Below the pieces are notes generated by a model, which saw only the letters and a list, made by a program, of their open reading frames with translations, was not told the DNA's origin and did not search any database. Shown in pieces: positions 1 to 9,386 of a DNA stretch of 64,000 bases. Position 1 is the first letter of the stretch. Each line of letters opens with the position of its first letter. The position numbers and the translations under genes are program-made. This DNA is from Chloroflexota bacterium (GTDB taxonomy: Bacteria; Chloroflexota; Limnocylindria; Limnocylindrales; CSP1-4): positions 22,322 through 86,321 of the forward strand of contig JAJXUG010000011.1 in assembly GCA_021783095.1 (NCBI GenBank), written 5' to 3'.

Positions 1-120
1 GGGCGCGTGCGGGTCTCCGAGCTGATCACCCACCGCTTCCCGCTCACGCAGTACCAGCAGGCGATCGACACGTTCAACGACCGCGCGAGCGGCGCCATCA
101 AGATCATCGTCAATCCCTGA
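1..120 (+). CDS. 3' end of a zinc-dependent (MDR family) alcohol/polyol dehydrogenase, partial
   Basis: Frame 1 reads GRVRVSELITHRFPLTQYQQAIDTFNDRASGAIKIIVNP*; ITHRFPL...AIKIIV is a typical MDR C-terminus. Confidence 0.75.
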   Translation, partial: GRVRVSELITHRFPLTQYQQAIDTFNDRASGAIKIIVNP

Positions 121-195
121 CCCGAGACGGGCCACGGTCAAGCGCAGCGTCCTCATGGAGTCCAGCCCGGCGAGCGTCGGGCAGAAGGAGGCCGT

Positions 196-1437
196 ATGGC
201 GGCGAAGACCATCCTGTTGATCGGCACGCTCGACACCAAGGGTCGGGAGTACGCCTACGTGCGCGACCTGATCCGGGCGCGCGGTCACCGGACGATCGTG
301 CTCGATGCTGGGGTCCTCGGCGAGCCCGCGTTCGAGCCTGACAGCCCTGCGGACAAGACCGCGCTCGCCGGGAACGGCAGCCTCGCGGAGCTGCGAGAGC
401 GGCGAGACCGGGGGCACGCGCTGGAGATCATGGGGCGGGGCGCCCGCGCCGTCGCGCTCGAGCTGCTGTCGGAGGGCAAGTTCGACGCCGTCATGGCCAT
501 GGGCGGGTCAGGCGGGACCTCCATCAGCGCAACGGCGATGCAGGCGCTGCCGGTTGGCATGCCCAAGCTGATCCTCTCGACGATGGCGTCGGGCAACGTG
601 GCTCCGTACGTCGACGTGAAGGACATCACGATGATGTACTCCGTCGTCGACGTCGCCGGCCTCAACAGTGTCTCGCGCCGCGTCATGGCCAACGCGGCCA
701 ACGCCATCAGCGGCATGGCGGAGCAGGAGGTCGGGGCCGCCGAGCAGAAGCCCCTGGTCGCCGCCACGATGTTCGGCGTCACGACGCCGTGCGTCGACCG
801 GCTCCGCGAGCGGATCGAGTCGGCCGGTTTCGAGGTCCTGGTCTTCCACGCCACCGGCAGCGGCGGCCGCGCGATGGAGTCGCTCATCGCCGACGGGTTC
901 GTGGCTGGCGTCGCCGACGTGACGACCACCGAGTGGTGCGACGAGCTCGTGGGCGGGGTGCTGTCCGCCGGCCCGGCACGGCTTGATGCTGCGGCGAGGG
1001 CGGGCGTTCCCCAGATCGTGTCGCTGGGTGCCCTCGACATGGTCAACTTCGGCCCGAAGGAAACTGTTCCCGAGCAGTTCCGCGGCCGGAACCTCTATGT
1101 GCACAACCCGCAGGTCACCCTGATGCGCACCACGCCAGACGAGTGCCGTCAGCTCGGCGAGATCATCGCCGGCAAGCTGAACGCAGCGACCGGCCCTGCC
1201 GCGCTGTTCATCCCGCTTCGGGGCGTGAGCATGATCGACGCCGAGGGCATGCCGTTCCACGACCCGGTCGCCGACGCCGCCCTGTTCGACGCCCTGCGGG
1301 CGCACCTCGACCGCTCCAAGGTCGATCTGGTCGAGATCGACGCCAACATCAACGACCCGGCCTTCGCGGACGCGATGGCCGATCGTCTGCTCGCCGAGCT
1401 GGGCGCTGCACCGGCCCTGGACACCCCGCGAACCTAG
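196..1437 (+). CDS. Tm-1-like ATP-binding domain protein (UPF0261)
   Basis: IGTLDTKG, GGSGGT, ATMFGVTTPCV, FHATGSGG and GALDMVNFG motifs; AAGGAGG RBS. Confidence 0.92.
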   Translation: MAAKTILLIGTLDTKGREYAYVRDLIRARGHRTIVLDAGVLGEPAFEPDSPADKTALAGNGSLAELRERRDRGHALEIMGRGARAVALELLSEGKFDAVMAMGGSGGTSISATAMQALPVGMPKLILSTMASGNVAPYVDVKDITMMYSVVDVAGLNSVSRRVMANAANAISGMAEQEVGAAEQKPLVAATMFGVTTPCVDRLRERIESAGFEVLVFHATGSGGRAMESLIADGFVAGVADVTTTEWCDELVGGVLSAGPARLDAAARAGVPQIVSLGALDMVNFGPKETVPEQFRGRNLYVHNPQVTLMRTTPDECRQLGEIIAGKLNAATGPAALFIPLRGVSMIDAEGMPFHDPVADAALFDALRAHLDRSKVDLVEIDANINDPAFADAMADRLLAELGAAPALDTPRT

Positions 1438-1497
1438 CCCGGCGCCCACCCCAGCGTTCAGCCAGTCCTCGCGCGTCCCGTCGAAAGGAGCACCGCG

Positions 1498-2340
1498 ATG
1501 CCGTTCATCCCGCGCGCAGAGGTGGAGCGCCGCCTTCGGGAACAGATCGCCGCCGGTCGGCCGATCGTCGGCTGCGGGGCCGGAACCGGGATCTCGGCCA
1601 AGATGGCCGAGGCGGGCGGCGCCGACATGGCGATCATCTACAACTCGGGGCGGTACCGGATGGCGGGCCGCGGGTCATTGGCCGGCCTGCTGGCGTACGG
1701 CGACGCCAACGCGATCGTCGTCGAGATGGCGGCCGAGGTCCTGCCGGTGGTGCGGTCGATGCCGGTGCTGGCCGGGGTCAACGGCACGGATCCGTTCCGG
1801 ATGATGCCGGTGTTCCTGCGCCAGCTGCGCGACATCGGCTTCGACGGCGTCCAGAACTTCCCGACCGTCGGCCTGATCGACGGCGACTTCCGGCGCAACC
1901 TCGAGGCGACGGGGATGTCCTACGAGCTCGAGGTGGCGATGGTGCGCGAGGCGCATGCTCTCGACCTGTTCACCTCCCCGTACGTGTTCGACCCGTCGCA
2001 GGCACGGGCCATGGCCGAGGCGGGCGCCGATCAACTGGTGGCGCACGTCGGCCTGACGACCGCGGGCACGATCGGCGCGGGCGTTGCGTTCACGCTCGAC
2101 CAGGCGATCGAGCGGGTGCTCGCGATCGCCGAGGCGGGGCGCTCGGTGCGGCCCGACATCATCGTGCTGTGCCACGGCGGCCCGTTCGACGAGCCCGGGC
2201 AGGTGGGCGAGGCGCTGCAGCGCATGCCCGGCGTGCACGGGTTCTTCGGCGCGTCGTCGATCGAGCGGCTCCCCACCGAGCGGGCGATCCGCGGGCAGGT
2301 CGCCGAGTTCAAGGCCCTCGCCACGGCCGGCGCTGCCTGA
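1498..2340 (+). CDS. Phosphoenolpyruvate hydrolase-like TIM-barrel protein (usual partner of UPF0261)
   Basis: [37 protein letters not shown] and [12 protein letters not shown] motifs; AGGAG RBS. Confidence 0.92.
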   Translation: MPFIPRAEVERRLREQIAAGRPIVGCGAGTGISAKMAEAGGADMAIIYNSGRYRMAGRGSLAGLLAYGDANAIVVEMAAEVLPVVRSMPVLAGVNGTDPFRMMPVFLRQLRDIGFDGVQNFPTVGLIDGDFRRNLEATGMSYELEVAMVREAHALDLFTSPYVFDPSQARAMAEAGADQLVAHVGLTTAGTIGAGVAFTLDQAIERVLAIAEAGRSVRPDIIVLCHGGPFDEPGQVGEALQRMPGVHGFFGASSIERLPTERAIRGQVAEFKALATAGAA

Positions 2341-2374
2341 CGAACTCAGCCATTCGCGGGCGGGCGCCCGCGCG

Positions 2375-2536
2375 TTTCTGCCAGGCAGTACAAGGACGAC
2401 TGCGCGCACCGGCTGAAATCGTCCCTTCGGCGTGTGGCGACTGCCTGGCGGCGATTCGGCCCGATCTGGCCCGATACCCGCGTGTGCGGGGCCGCCCCAC
2501 AGGATCCGTAGTCGTCCTTCTACTGACTGGCGGAAC
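2375..2536. repeat. About 30-bp imperfect inverted repeats flanking about 100 bp (MITE/REPIN-like), between convergent genes
   Basis: 2375-2404 TTTCTGCCAGGCAGTACAAGGACGACTGCG matches the reverse complement of 2507-2536 at 25/30; partial third copy near 2439-2451. Confidence 0.65.
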
Positions 2537-2576
2537 GGCAGGATCTCCGCCGTCGCGGCGCCGCGGACAACCGGGT

Positions 2577-4703
2577 CTAGGCGCGCCCGGCGGCCACCTC
2601 GTCGGCACGATTCCGGCCTGCCAGCAGGATCAGGTCCTCGTGGAGCTCGAACCACACGCCGTGGTACGAGTCCACGCGCGGTGACGCCACGTACTTCCCG
2701 TTGCCCGAGGCGACGGCCTCGGCTGCGGCGGCAAGGCGGACGCCGTACTGGGCCAGCCTCGGCAGGCCTTGCGCAGCGGCGTCCAGCCAACGGACGACCT
2801 CGGCGTGCAGGGCCGCCAGCGATCCCAGCACCGCCGCGTCGTACGCGGCGTCCGTGTGCGGGTTGGGCGCTCCTTCCTTGAGCTGCCAGGCCGTTGCGAA
2901 CTCCTTGACGCGCCGGTCGAGCACGATGAAGGCGTCGAGCGCAGCGCTTGCGGCCGCCGTGCCCCACGACTCGCCGTCCGAGGCCACCAGCGCGTCGCCG
3001 ATCGCCTTCCCGGACGCTGTGAGCCTGAACGCGCCCGCGGACGGCTCGACGAGACCGCTCCCGACAAGGTCGTCCAGGATGGCCTTCGCCTCGTCGGCGC
3101 TGCAGCCGAGGGAGACCGCCACGCTGCCCGCGTCGCGGAAGTCGCGCACGACGAGCATCCGAAGCGCGTCGTCGGAGGTCGCGGAGCCGGTCGCGGCGCT
3201 GGCCGATTCGGCCTTGGGCGCGTCACCTTCCACCTCCCCGATGGCGATGCCGAGCTCGCGCGCCCACCCGAGCAGCACCTTGGCCTCTGGCACGACCTCC
3301 TCGACGCCCGCGGCACGACCCTCGAACACCTCGCCCGTGGACCCGTCGATGGAGAGCAGCGTGCCGGCCGGGAACGTCCGGCTGGCGATGGTCACCACGC
3401 CGCGAGCCGGGTCGGGCACCACCTCGGACGCCCCGACCACCGCCGGCGTGTTCCAGTCGCGGGCGACGACCGCGGCATGCGAGGCGAAGCCTCCGGTCGC
3501 TGTCAGGATCCCGCACGCGCGCGCCATGCCGTGCACGTCGTCGGGCGAGGTCTCCGCGCGGACAAGCAGTGGGTCGCGACCGGACTCCGCGGCCGCAATC
3601 GCCGCCTCGGCGGTCAGCGCCACCTCACCGCAGACCAGGCCCGGCGAGACACCCAGCCCCCGCGTCAGCGCGGAACCGGCCTGCCCGCCCTGCGCCACGC
3701 GCTTCGGCGGGCTCGCGAGGATCGCGGCGACCCGGCGGACGGCGGCGTCGCGGGTGAGCGGGAACGCGGGGTCCTCGGCCATCTCGACGGCCATCCGCAG
3801 CGCAGCCGGCTCCGTCCGCTTCGCCGTCCGGTCCTGGAGCATCCAGAGCCGGCGCCGCTCGATCGTGAACTCGATGTCCCGCGCGTCCGCGTAGTGGTGC
3901 TCGAGGCGCTCGGCATACGCATGAAGCTCCGCCGCCACCTCCGGCATCCGCTCCTCGAGACACGAGACCGGCAGGGTGTCGTGCGTGCCCGCCACGACGT
4001 CCTCGCCCTGGCCCCGGAACACCACATCGCCGTACAGCTGCGCCTCGCCCGTCGCGGGGTTGCGCGTGAACAGCACCCCGGTGCCGGATTCGTCGCCCAG
4101 GTTGCCGAAGACCATCGCCTGCACCACCACGCCGGTGCCCAGCGTCTCGCTGATCCCCTCGTGGGCGCGGTAGGCCTTCGCCTTCTCGCCGTTCCAGGAG
4201 CGGAACACCGCCTCGATGGCGCCGCGGAGCTGCTCCCACGGGTTGGTCGGCACCGTCTCCACGCCGACGACCGACCGGTAGAGCGCGTGGAACCGGTCGT
4301 GGCAGTTGCGCGCGAAGGCCGGGTCGGCCGATGCCGCCGCAAGCCCGTGCTCCGTCTCGCGGTTCAGCCCCAGGTTGAGGATCGTCTCCATCATCCCGGG
4401 CATCGACACGGGCGCCCCCGACCGCACCGACACGAGGAGCGGCTCCGCCGCGTCGCCGAACCGCCGTCCCACGATCGCCTCGAGCCGCGCCATGTGCTCG
4501 CGGATCTCGGCGTCAAGGCCCTCGGGCCAGCCCTCGGCGAGAAAGCGGTTGCAGGCCTCGGTCGTGATGACGAAGGCCGGGGGCACGGGCAGGCGCAGCG
4601 TCCGCGCCATGGCGTTGAGCCCGGCGGCCTTGCCCCCGACGAGCAGCTTGAGCTGGTCGAACGGGAGGTCGTGCAAGTGGTCGTACGTGTACACGAAGGG
4701 CAC
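2577..4703 (-). CDS. Pyruvate phosphate dikinase-like protein (ATP-grasp plus phospho-His domain) lacking the pyruvate-binding barrel, with a C-terminal wHTH/Rv1126c-like domain
   Basis: GGKAAGL, VSVRSGAPVSMPGMMETILNLG, QAMVFGN, GEDVVAG, DIEFTIE and GGFASHAAVVAR motifs; C-terminus ends in DSYHGVWFELHEDL. Confidence 0.85.
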   Translation of the reverse strand: MPFVYTYDHLHDLPFDQLKLLVGGKAAGLNAMARTLRLPVPPAFVITTEACNRFLAEGWPEGLDAEIREHMARLEAIVGRRFGDAAEPLLVSVRSGAPVSMPGMMETILNLGLNRETEHGLAAASADPAFARNCHDRFHALYRSVVGVETVPTNPWEQLRGAIEAVFRSWNGEKAKAYRAHEGISETLGTGVVVQAMVFGNLGDESGTGVLFTRNPATGEAQLYGDVVFRGQGEDVVAGTHDTLPVSCLEERMPEVAAELHAYAERLEHHYADARDIEFTIERRRLWMLQDRTAKRTEPAALRMAVEMAEDPAFPLTRDAAVRRVAAILASPPKRVAQGGQAGSALTRGLGVSPGLVCGEVALTAEAAIAAAESGRDPLLVRAETSPDDVHGMARACGILTATGGFASHAAVVARDWNTPAVVGASEVVPDPARGVVTIASRTFPAGTLLSIDGSTGEVFEGRAAGVEEVVPEAKVLLGWARELGIAIGEVEGDAPKAESASAATGSATSDDALRMLVVRDFRDAGSVAVSLGCSADEAKAILDDLVGSGLVEPSAGAFRLTASGKAIGDALVASDGESWGTAAASAALDAFIVLDRRVKEFATAWQLKEGAPNPHTDAAYDAAVLGSLAALHAEVVRWLDAAAQGLPRLAQYGVRLAAAAEAVASGNGKYVASPRVDSYHGVWFELHEDLILLAGRNRADEVAAGRA

Positions 4704-4760
4704 GGGCCGGTCCTCTGTTGGCTCGGGCCGCCGGGCACGCCGGCGGCGGGTCGGACGGAC

Positions 4761-5651
4761 TCAGACCACAGCGACGGGATCCACCATGGACCCCGTGGCG
4801 CCGCGGATCTTGACGGGGAGCGCGACGAACAGGAACTCGTGGACCTTCTGGCGCGCGAGCTCCTCGAGGTCGAGGCTCTCCATGATGTAGACGCCCCGCT
4901 CGATGAGGAGCGCCGTGTGGACCGGCTGCGGGTTGCCGGTGGGGCCGGGGTCCGGCGCGGGCTGGACCTCGAACGTCTCGGTGTCGGAACCGGCGGCGAT
5001 GACGCCCCGCTCGAGCAGCCAGCGGGCCGCGCTCGCGTCGGGGCCGGCCGTCTTGTGCGCGGCCATCCGCTCGGCATCGGGCCACAGGCCCATGTACCCC
5101 GTCCGGATGACGACGACGTCCCACGGGCGGACCTCGACGCCCTCGGCCGCGCAGATCGCGTCCATCTCGGCCGCGTCGATCGCCGAGCCCCTCGGCAGGC
5201 AGTCGATGCCTCGGTAGGCCGGGGCGTCGACCAGCACGCCGCGCGTGAAGAACGGCGGCATCTTGGACGCGTCGCCGTGCACTGGGCCGAAGTCGGTCAG
5301 ATGCTCATCGGCGCGGCCCCCGCCGTACCAGTGCATGTCGTCGTCCACCGTCATGTGGGCGAGCGCGTCCATGTGCGCGCCGGAGTGGGTCGTCGCCATC
5401 ACGTACTCGGCCATGTACCCGAGGCCCGCGTCGTTGACGGGTCCCCAGGGCTGGGCGCCCGCGACGCGGATGCCGCGAGGCGTGCGGAAGTTGAGCACCT
5501 GGAAGGGCGGGTGGCCGGGGAACAGCGGCATGCCCGGGAACCGCGGCGCCGCGAGCGAGATCATCCGCCCCTCGCGGACCAGCCTCGCAGCCGCCACCAC
5601 CTGCTCCGCGGGCATCTCGCCCACCGGCCCGACCTCGGCGTTCGCGCTCAT
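4761..5651 (-). CDS. Cyclase family (kynurenine formamidase-like) metal-dependent hydrolase
   Basis: HSGAHMDALAH, VIRTG, GSDT, PVHTALL and PVKIRGATGSMVDPVAV motifs; ATGA overlap with the upstream gene. Confidence 0.88.
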   Translation of the reverse strand: MSANAEVGPVGEMPAEQVVAAARLVREGRMISLAAPRFPGMPLFPGHPPFQVLNFRTPRGIRVAGAQPWGPVNDAGLGYMAEYVMATTHSGAHMDALAHMTVDDDMHWYGGGRADEHLTDFGPVHGDASKMPPFFTRGVLVDAPAYRGIDCLPRGSAIDAAEMDAICAAEGVEVRPWDVVVIRTGYMGLWPDAERMAAHKTAGPDASAARWLLERGVIAAGSDTETFEVQPAPDPGPTGNPQPVHTALLIERGVYIMESLDLEELARQKVHEFLFVALPVKIRGATGSMVDPVAVV

Positions 5652-7933
5652 CGTCGTCCCTCCGCGTCGCCGGGCACCGGCCCGGCCTGAAGCGCCCGCC
5701 AGACGCGCTCGGGCGTGAGCGGCAGATCTCGGATCGCCACGCCGGTCGCGTCCCGGATCGCGGCTGCCGCCGCCGGTGCCACGCACAGCAGCGCGCCCTC
5801 GCTCATGCCCTTGGACCCGTACGGACCCGGCCCGTCGGCGTTCTCCACGGCCTCGCTCCGCAGTTCGCGGGGCAGGTCCATCGAGGTCGGGATCCGGTAG
5901 TCGATGGCCCCCAGATTCCGGATGCGCCCCTCCTCGTCGAAGATGTAGTGCTCCATGAGCGTGTGGCCAAGGCCCATGATCGCCGCGCCCTCGTCCTGCA
6001 TCCGGACCTGGAGCGGGTTGAGCGCCTTGCCGACGTCGCTGACCGTGACGTGCCGGTGGATCGTCACGTCGCCGGTGTCGGCGTCCACCTCGGCCTCGAT
6101 GGCCGTGCAGTTGAACTCGAAGAACGCGGGGGCACCCGACAGCGGGTGCCCTGCCTCCGCCTCCTTGCGCATCTCGCCGAGGCCCGTGATCTCGCCGCCC
6201 AGCTTGCCGAGGCCGGCCGTGAGCACCTCGCGGATGGGCAGCTCCCGGCCGGATGCCAGGCGCACGAGCCCGTCGGCAACCGTGACGTCCGCCTCGTCCA
6301 GGCCCTGCTGGGCGGCGGCCATCGTCCGCAGCTTCGCCTGGATGTCCCGGCAGGCGGCGAGGACCGCGTTCCCCATGAGCACCGTGGAGCGGGAGGCCGA
6401 GGTCTGCTGGTCGTACGGGACGAGGGCGGTGTCGCCCATGGCGACCGTGACCCAGTCGAGGGGCGCGCCGAGCTCGTGGGCCGCGATCTGCGCGAAGACG
6501 GTCCGAGCGCCCTGGCCCATGTCCGATGTGCCGGCGTAGACCACGGCCGAGCCGTCGGCCAGGAGCCGCACGATCGAGTAGCTGAGGCCGGTCGTCGGCC
6601 CAGACTTGATGCCCAGCGCGATGCCGCGGCCATGGCCGGGCGGGCAGGGCTGGTCCCATCCGATCAGCTCGGCCGCCTTGCGGACGGCCTGCTCCCACTC
6701 GCCGTCGCAGGGCGTGTCGAACGGGATGAACCGGTCGCCCTTGCGGGCCAGGTTGCGCAGCCGCACCGCCACGGCGTCGATGCCCAGCTCCCGGGCGCCC
6801 TCGTCGATCGTGGACTCCACGGCCCAGTTGATCTGCGGGTTGCCGAAGCCGCGGAACGCAGTGGACGGCACGGTGTGCGAGAGGATCGCCCGGGCGACGA
6901 TGCGGACGGCCGGCACGTTGTAGGGGCCCGCCGCCGGGTACGAGCCTTTCCCCACCACGCGGTCCGCGATGTCGGTATAGGCGCCGATCAGGTAGTCGGC
7001 CTCGATGTCGTGGAAGGCGATCCGGCCGTCCGAGGTGAAGCCGGTCCTGACGCGCGCCTCGCAGGAAGCACGCCGAACTGCCTGGAAGGTCTCCTCGAGC
7101 GTGAGCACCAGGCGCACGGGCCGGCCGAGCCGGAGGGCGGCGAAGACGACGGCGGGCTCGTACTTCGCGTGCTGCTTGCCCCCGAAGGCGCCGCCCGGGT
7201 CGGGCGCGTACACCCGCACCCTCGAGAGCGGGAGGCGGGTGAGCCCGGCGATGGTCTTCTGGAGCCAGTTGGGGTGCTGGATCGTGGACCACACGGCCAC
7301 GCCATCGCCGTCTGGCGCGGCCATGAACGCGTGCGGCTCGATGGCGAAGTGCGTGACCATCGGGAAGGTGTAGCGGCGCTCGACGATCGTCAGGCCGTGC
7401 TCGGCGGCCGCGGCCTCGACGTCGCCCCACGCCACGACGTGCTCGTTGAGGACGTTCGTCTCACGCCGTGGGTCCTTCGGCCGCAGCGAGGGGTCCTGAA
7501 CCAGCGGCGCGTCCGCCGCCAGCGCCCCGGCAACCGTGAACACCGCCGGGAGGGCCTCGTAGTCCACGCGCACGGCAGCCGCGCCGGCCTCGGCCTCCTC
7601 CTTGGTGTCCGCCACCACGAGCGCCACGGGGTCGCCCTGGTACTTCGTCTCGCCCGTGGCCAGCACCGGCCGGTCCACGTTCTGCGGGCCGAACCGCGGC
7701 ATGGGCTGCGGGAGGTCGTCGGCGGTCAGCACGAGGCGCACGCCGGGCAGGGCGAGCGCCGCGGAGCCGTCGATGCGGTCGATCCGGGCGTGTGCAACGG
7801 GCACCGTAACGAGCTTCGCGTGGAGCGCGTCCGCGACGCTCAGGTCAGCGAGGTAGCGCTGCGCGCCCGTCACCCGGTCGATCCCGCCGACGCGGTTGGG
7901 CGAGGAGCCGATCGTGCCGTCGCGCGCGCTCAC
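5648..7933 (-). CDS. Xanthine dehydrogenase family molybdopterin-binding (large) subunit
   Basis: GGAFGGK, AFRGFGNPQ, DMGQG, SASRST and GPYGSKGMSEG motifs; GTG start overlapping the upstream stop. Confidence 0.92.
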   Translation of the reverse strand: MSARDGTIGSSPNRVGGIDRVTGAQRYLADLSVADALHAKLVTVPVAHARIDRIDGSAALALPGVRLVLTADDLPQPMPRFGPQNVDRPVLATGETKYQGDPVALVVADTKEEAEAGAAAVRVDYEALPAVFTVAGALAADAPLVQDPSLRPKDPRRETNVLNEHVVAWGDVEAAAAEHGLTIVERRYTFPMVTHFAIEPHAFMAAPDGDGVAVWSTIQHPNWLQKTIAGLTRLPLSRVRVYAPDPGGAFGGKQHAKYEPAVVFAALRLGRPVRLVLTLEETFQAVRRASCEARVRTGFTSDGRIAFHDIEADYLIGAYTDIADRVVGKGSYPAAGPYNVPAVRIVARAILSHTVPSTAFRGFGNPQINWAVESTIDEGARELGIDAVAVRLRNLARKGDRFIPFDTPCDGEWEQAVRKAAELIGWDQPCPPGHGRGIALGIKSGPTTGLSYSIVRLLADGSAVVYAGTSDMGQGARTVFAQIAAHELGAPLDWVTVAMGDTALVPYDQQTSASRSTVLMGNAVLAACRDIQAKLRTMAAAQQGLDEADVTVADGLVRLASGRELPIREVLTAGLGKLGGEITGLGEMRKEAEAGHPLSGAPAFFEFNCTAIEAEVDADTGDVTIHRHVTVSDVGKALNPLQVRMQDEGAAIMGLGHTLMEHYIFDEEGRIRNLGAIDYRIPTSMDLPRELRSEAVENADGPGPYGSKGMSEGALLCVAPAAAAAIRDATGVAIRDLPLTPERVWRALQAGPVPGDAEGRR

Positions 7934-8493
7934 TGGTCGAGGCCCTCGGCCGAGGTCTTCGCCCCGGCCCTGGCGCCGCCGGCATGGGCTCCGGCGCCGA
8001 GCCCACCCAGGTCCGGCGCGTCGCCGGCCGCGGCCTGGCCGATCGCCGCGAAGATCTGCTCGTAGCAGGCGCACCGGCACAGGTTGCCCGCCATACCCTC
8101 CTCGATCTCCGCACGCGTCGGGTGCGGGTGCTCCGCGAGCAGCGCGTGAGCCGACATCAGCTGCCCCGGGATGCAGAACCCGCACTGCACGCCGCCCTGG
8201 TCCAGGAACGCGGCCTGGATGGGCGCGAGCCGGCCGTCAGGCGAGGCGAGGCCCTCCACCGTCAGCACGTCTGCGCCGTCCGCCTCGACCGCCAGCACAA
8301 GGCAGGCGTCGACGCTCCACCCGTCCACGAGGACGGTGCAGGCGCCGCACTCGCCCACGAGGCAGCACTCCTTGCTGCCGGTGAGCCGGAGGTCCTCGCG
8401 CAGCACCTCGAGCAGCGTGTGGTGCGGGGCCACTGCTATCCGCCGCCGCGTGCCGTTCACGGTCAACTGGATCGGCAGGGTGGTCTGGGGCAT
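7930..8493 (-). CDS. Xanthine dehydrogenase family 2Fe-2S (small) subunit
   Basis: CCLVGECGACTV, QCGFCIPG and GNLCRCACY motifs; alternative GTG start at 8502. Confidence 0.93.
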   Translation of the reverse strand: MPQTTLPIQLTVNGTRRRIAVAPHHTLLEVLREDLRLTGSKECCLVGECGACTVLVDGWSVDACLVLAVEADGADVLTVEGLASPDGRLAPIQAAFLDQGGVQCGFCIPGQLMSAHALLAEHPHPTRAEIEEGMAGNLCRCACYEQIFAAIGQAAAGDAPDLGGLGAGAHAGGARAGAKTSAEGLDQ

Positions 8494-8498
8494 GGGCG

Positions 8499-9368
8499 TC
8501 ACTCCCCGGCCGCCAGGCGCGCCTGCGCCGTGGCGAGGGCCCGCCGGCCGAGCACCCGCAGCATCGCGAGCCGGTACTCGGGACCGGCGCGCATCGAGCG
8601 GGCGGACGGGCTGGCGTCCGCGAAGATGGTCTCGAAGACGGGAGCGCGGGCCTCGTCGGACGAGGCGGCATCGGCGAGGACGCCGGTGGTGTCGAGGCGC
8701 AGGACCGGGCGGGGCCCGACGCTGCCGTAGGCGATGCGGGCGAGGCCGCTCGCGTCGAGGCCACAGGCCAGCGTCACCGAGGCGAGGTCGTGGCCGCGGC
8801 GGCGGGTCCGCCGCTGGTGGGCGCTGGCGATCCGACCGGCCTCGGGGGCCGGGATCTCGATGGCCACAACGAGCTCGCCTGGCGCTAGGGTCGTCACGCC
8901 AGAGCGGACGAAGAAGTCGTCGAGCGCGATGCGCCGCTCGCCGGACGGGCCGTGGGCGACCACGACTGCACCGTGCACGAGCAGCGAGGGAGCCGTGTCG
9001 GCGGCCGGCGACGCGTTGCACAGGTTCCCCGCGAGCGTCGCACGGTTCCGGATCTGCACCGAGCCCACGACCGCTGCTGCCTCGGCGAGCCCGGCCAGAT
9101 CGCGCCGGACGAGTGGATGCGCCGCGATCTCCGTCATCGTCGTGGTCGCGCCGATGACGAGCGTCCCGCGGTCCCCCACCCGGATGCCCGGCGCGAGCTC
9201 GGGCACGCGCTTGACGTCCACCACGACGGCGGGCCGGGCAGAGCCGTCCCGCAGGCGGATGATCAGGTCGGTGCCGCCCGCGAGGACTCGTGCCTCAGCA
9301 CCCCGCTCCGCGAGCAGGGCGACGGCGTCGGCCAGCGTGTCGGGCCGGGCGTAAGTGAAGGGTCGCAT
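8499..9368 (-). CDS. Xanthine dehydrogenase family FAD-binding (medium) subunit
   Basis: LAGGTDL and QIRNRATLAGNLCNASPAAD motifs. Confidence 0.93.
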   Translation of the reverse strand: MRPFTYARPDTLADAVALLAERGAEARVLAGGTDLIIRLRDGSARPAVVVDVKRVPELAPGIRVGDRGTLVIGATTTMTEIAAHPLVRRDLAGLAEAAAVVGSVQIRNRATLAGNLCNASPAADTAPSLLVHGAVVVAHGPSGERRIALDDFFVRSGVTTLAPGELVVAIEIPAPEAGRIASAHQRRTRRRGHDLASVTLACGLDASGLARIAYGSVGPRPVLRLDTTGVLADAASSDEARAPVFETIFADASPSARSMRAGPEYRLAMLRVLGRRALATAQARLAAGE

Positions 9369-9386
9369 GCTCCGGCCCGGCGCCTC

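Noticed and set aside
2577-4703. Canonical ppdK or a ppdK pseudogene
   Set aside because: The pyruvate-binding barrel is absent, but the frame is intact and ends in a different coherent domain
5648-9368. Aerobic CO dehydrogenase coxMSL
   Set aside because: The active-site loop is AFRGFG, not AYRCSFR or AYRGAGR
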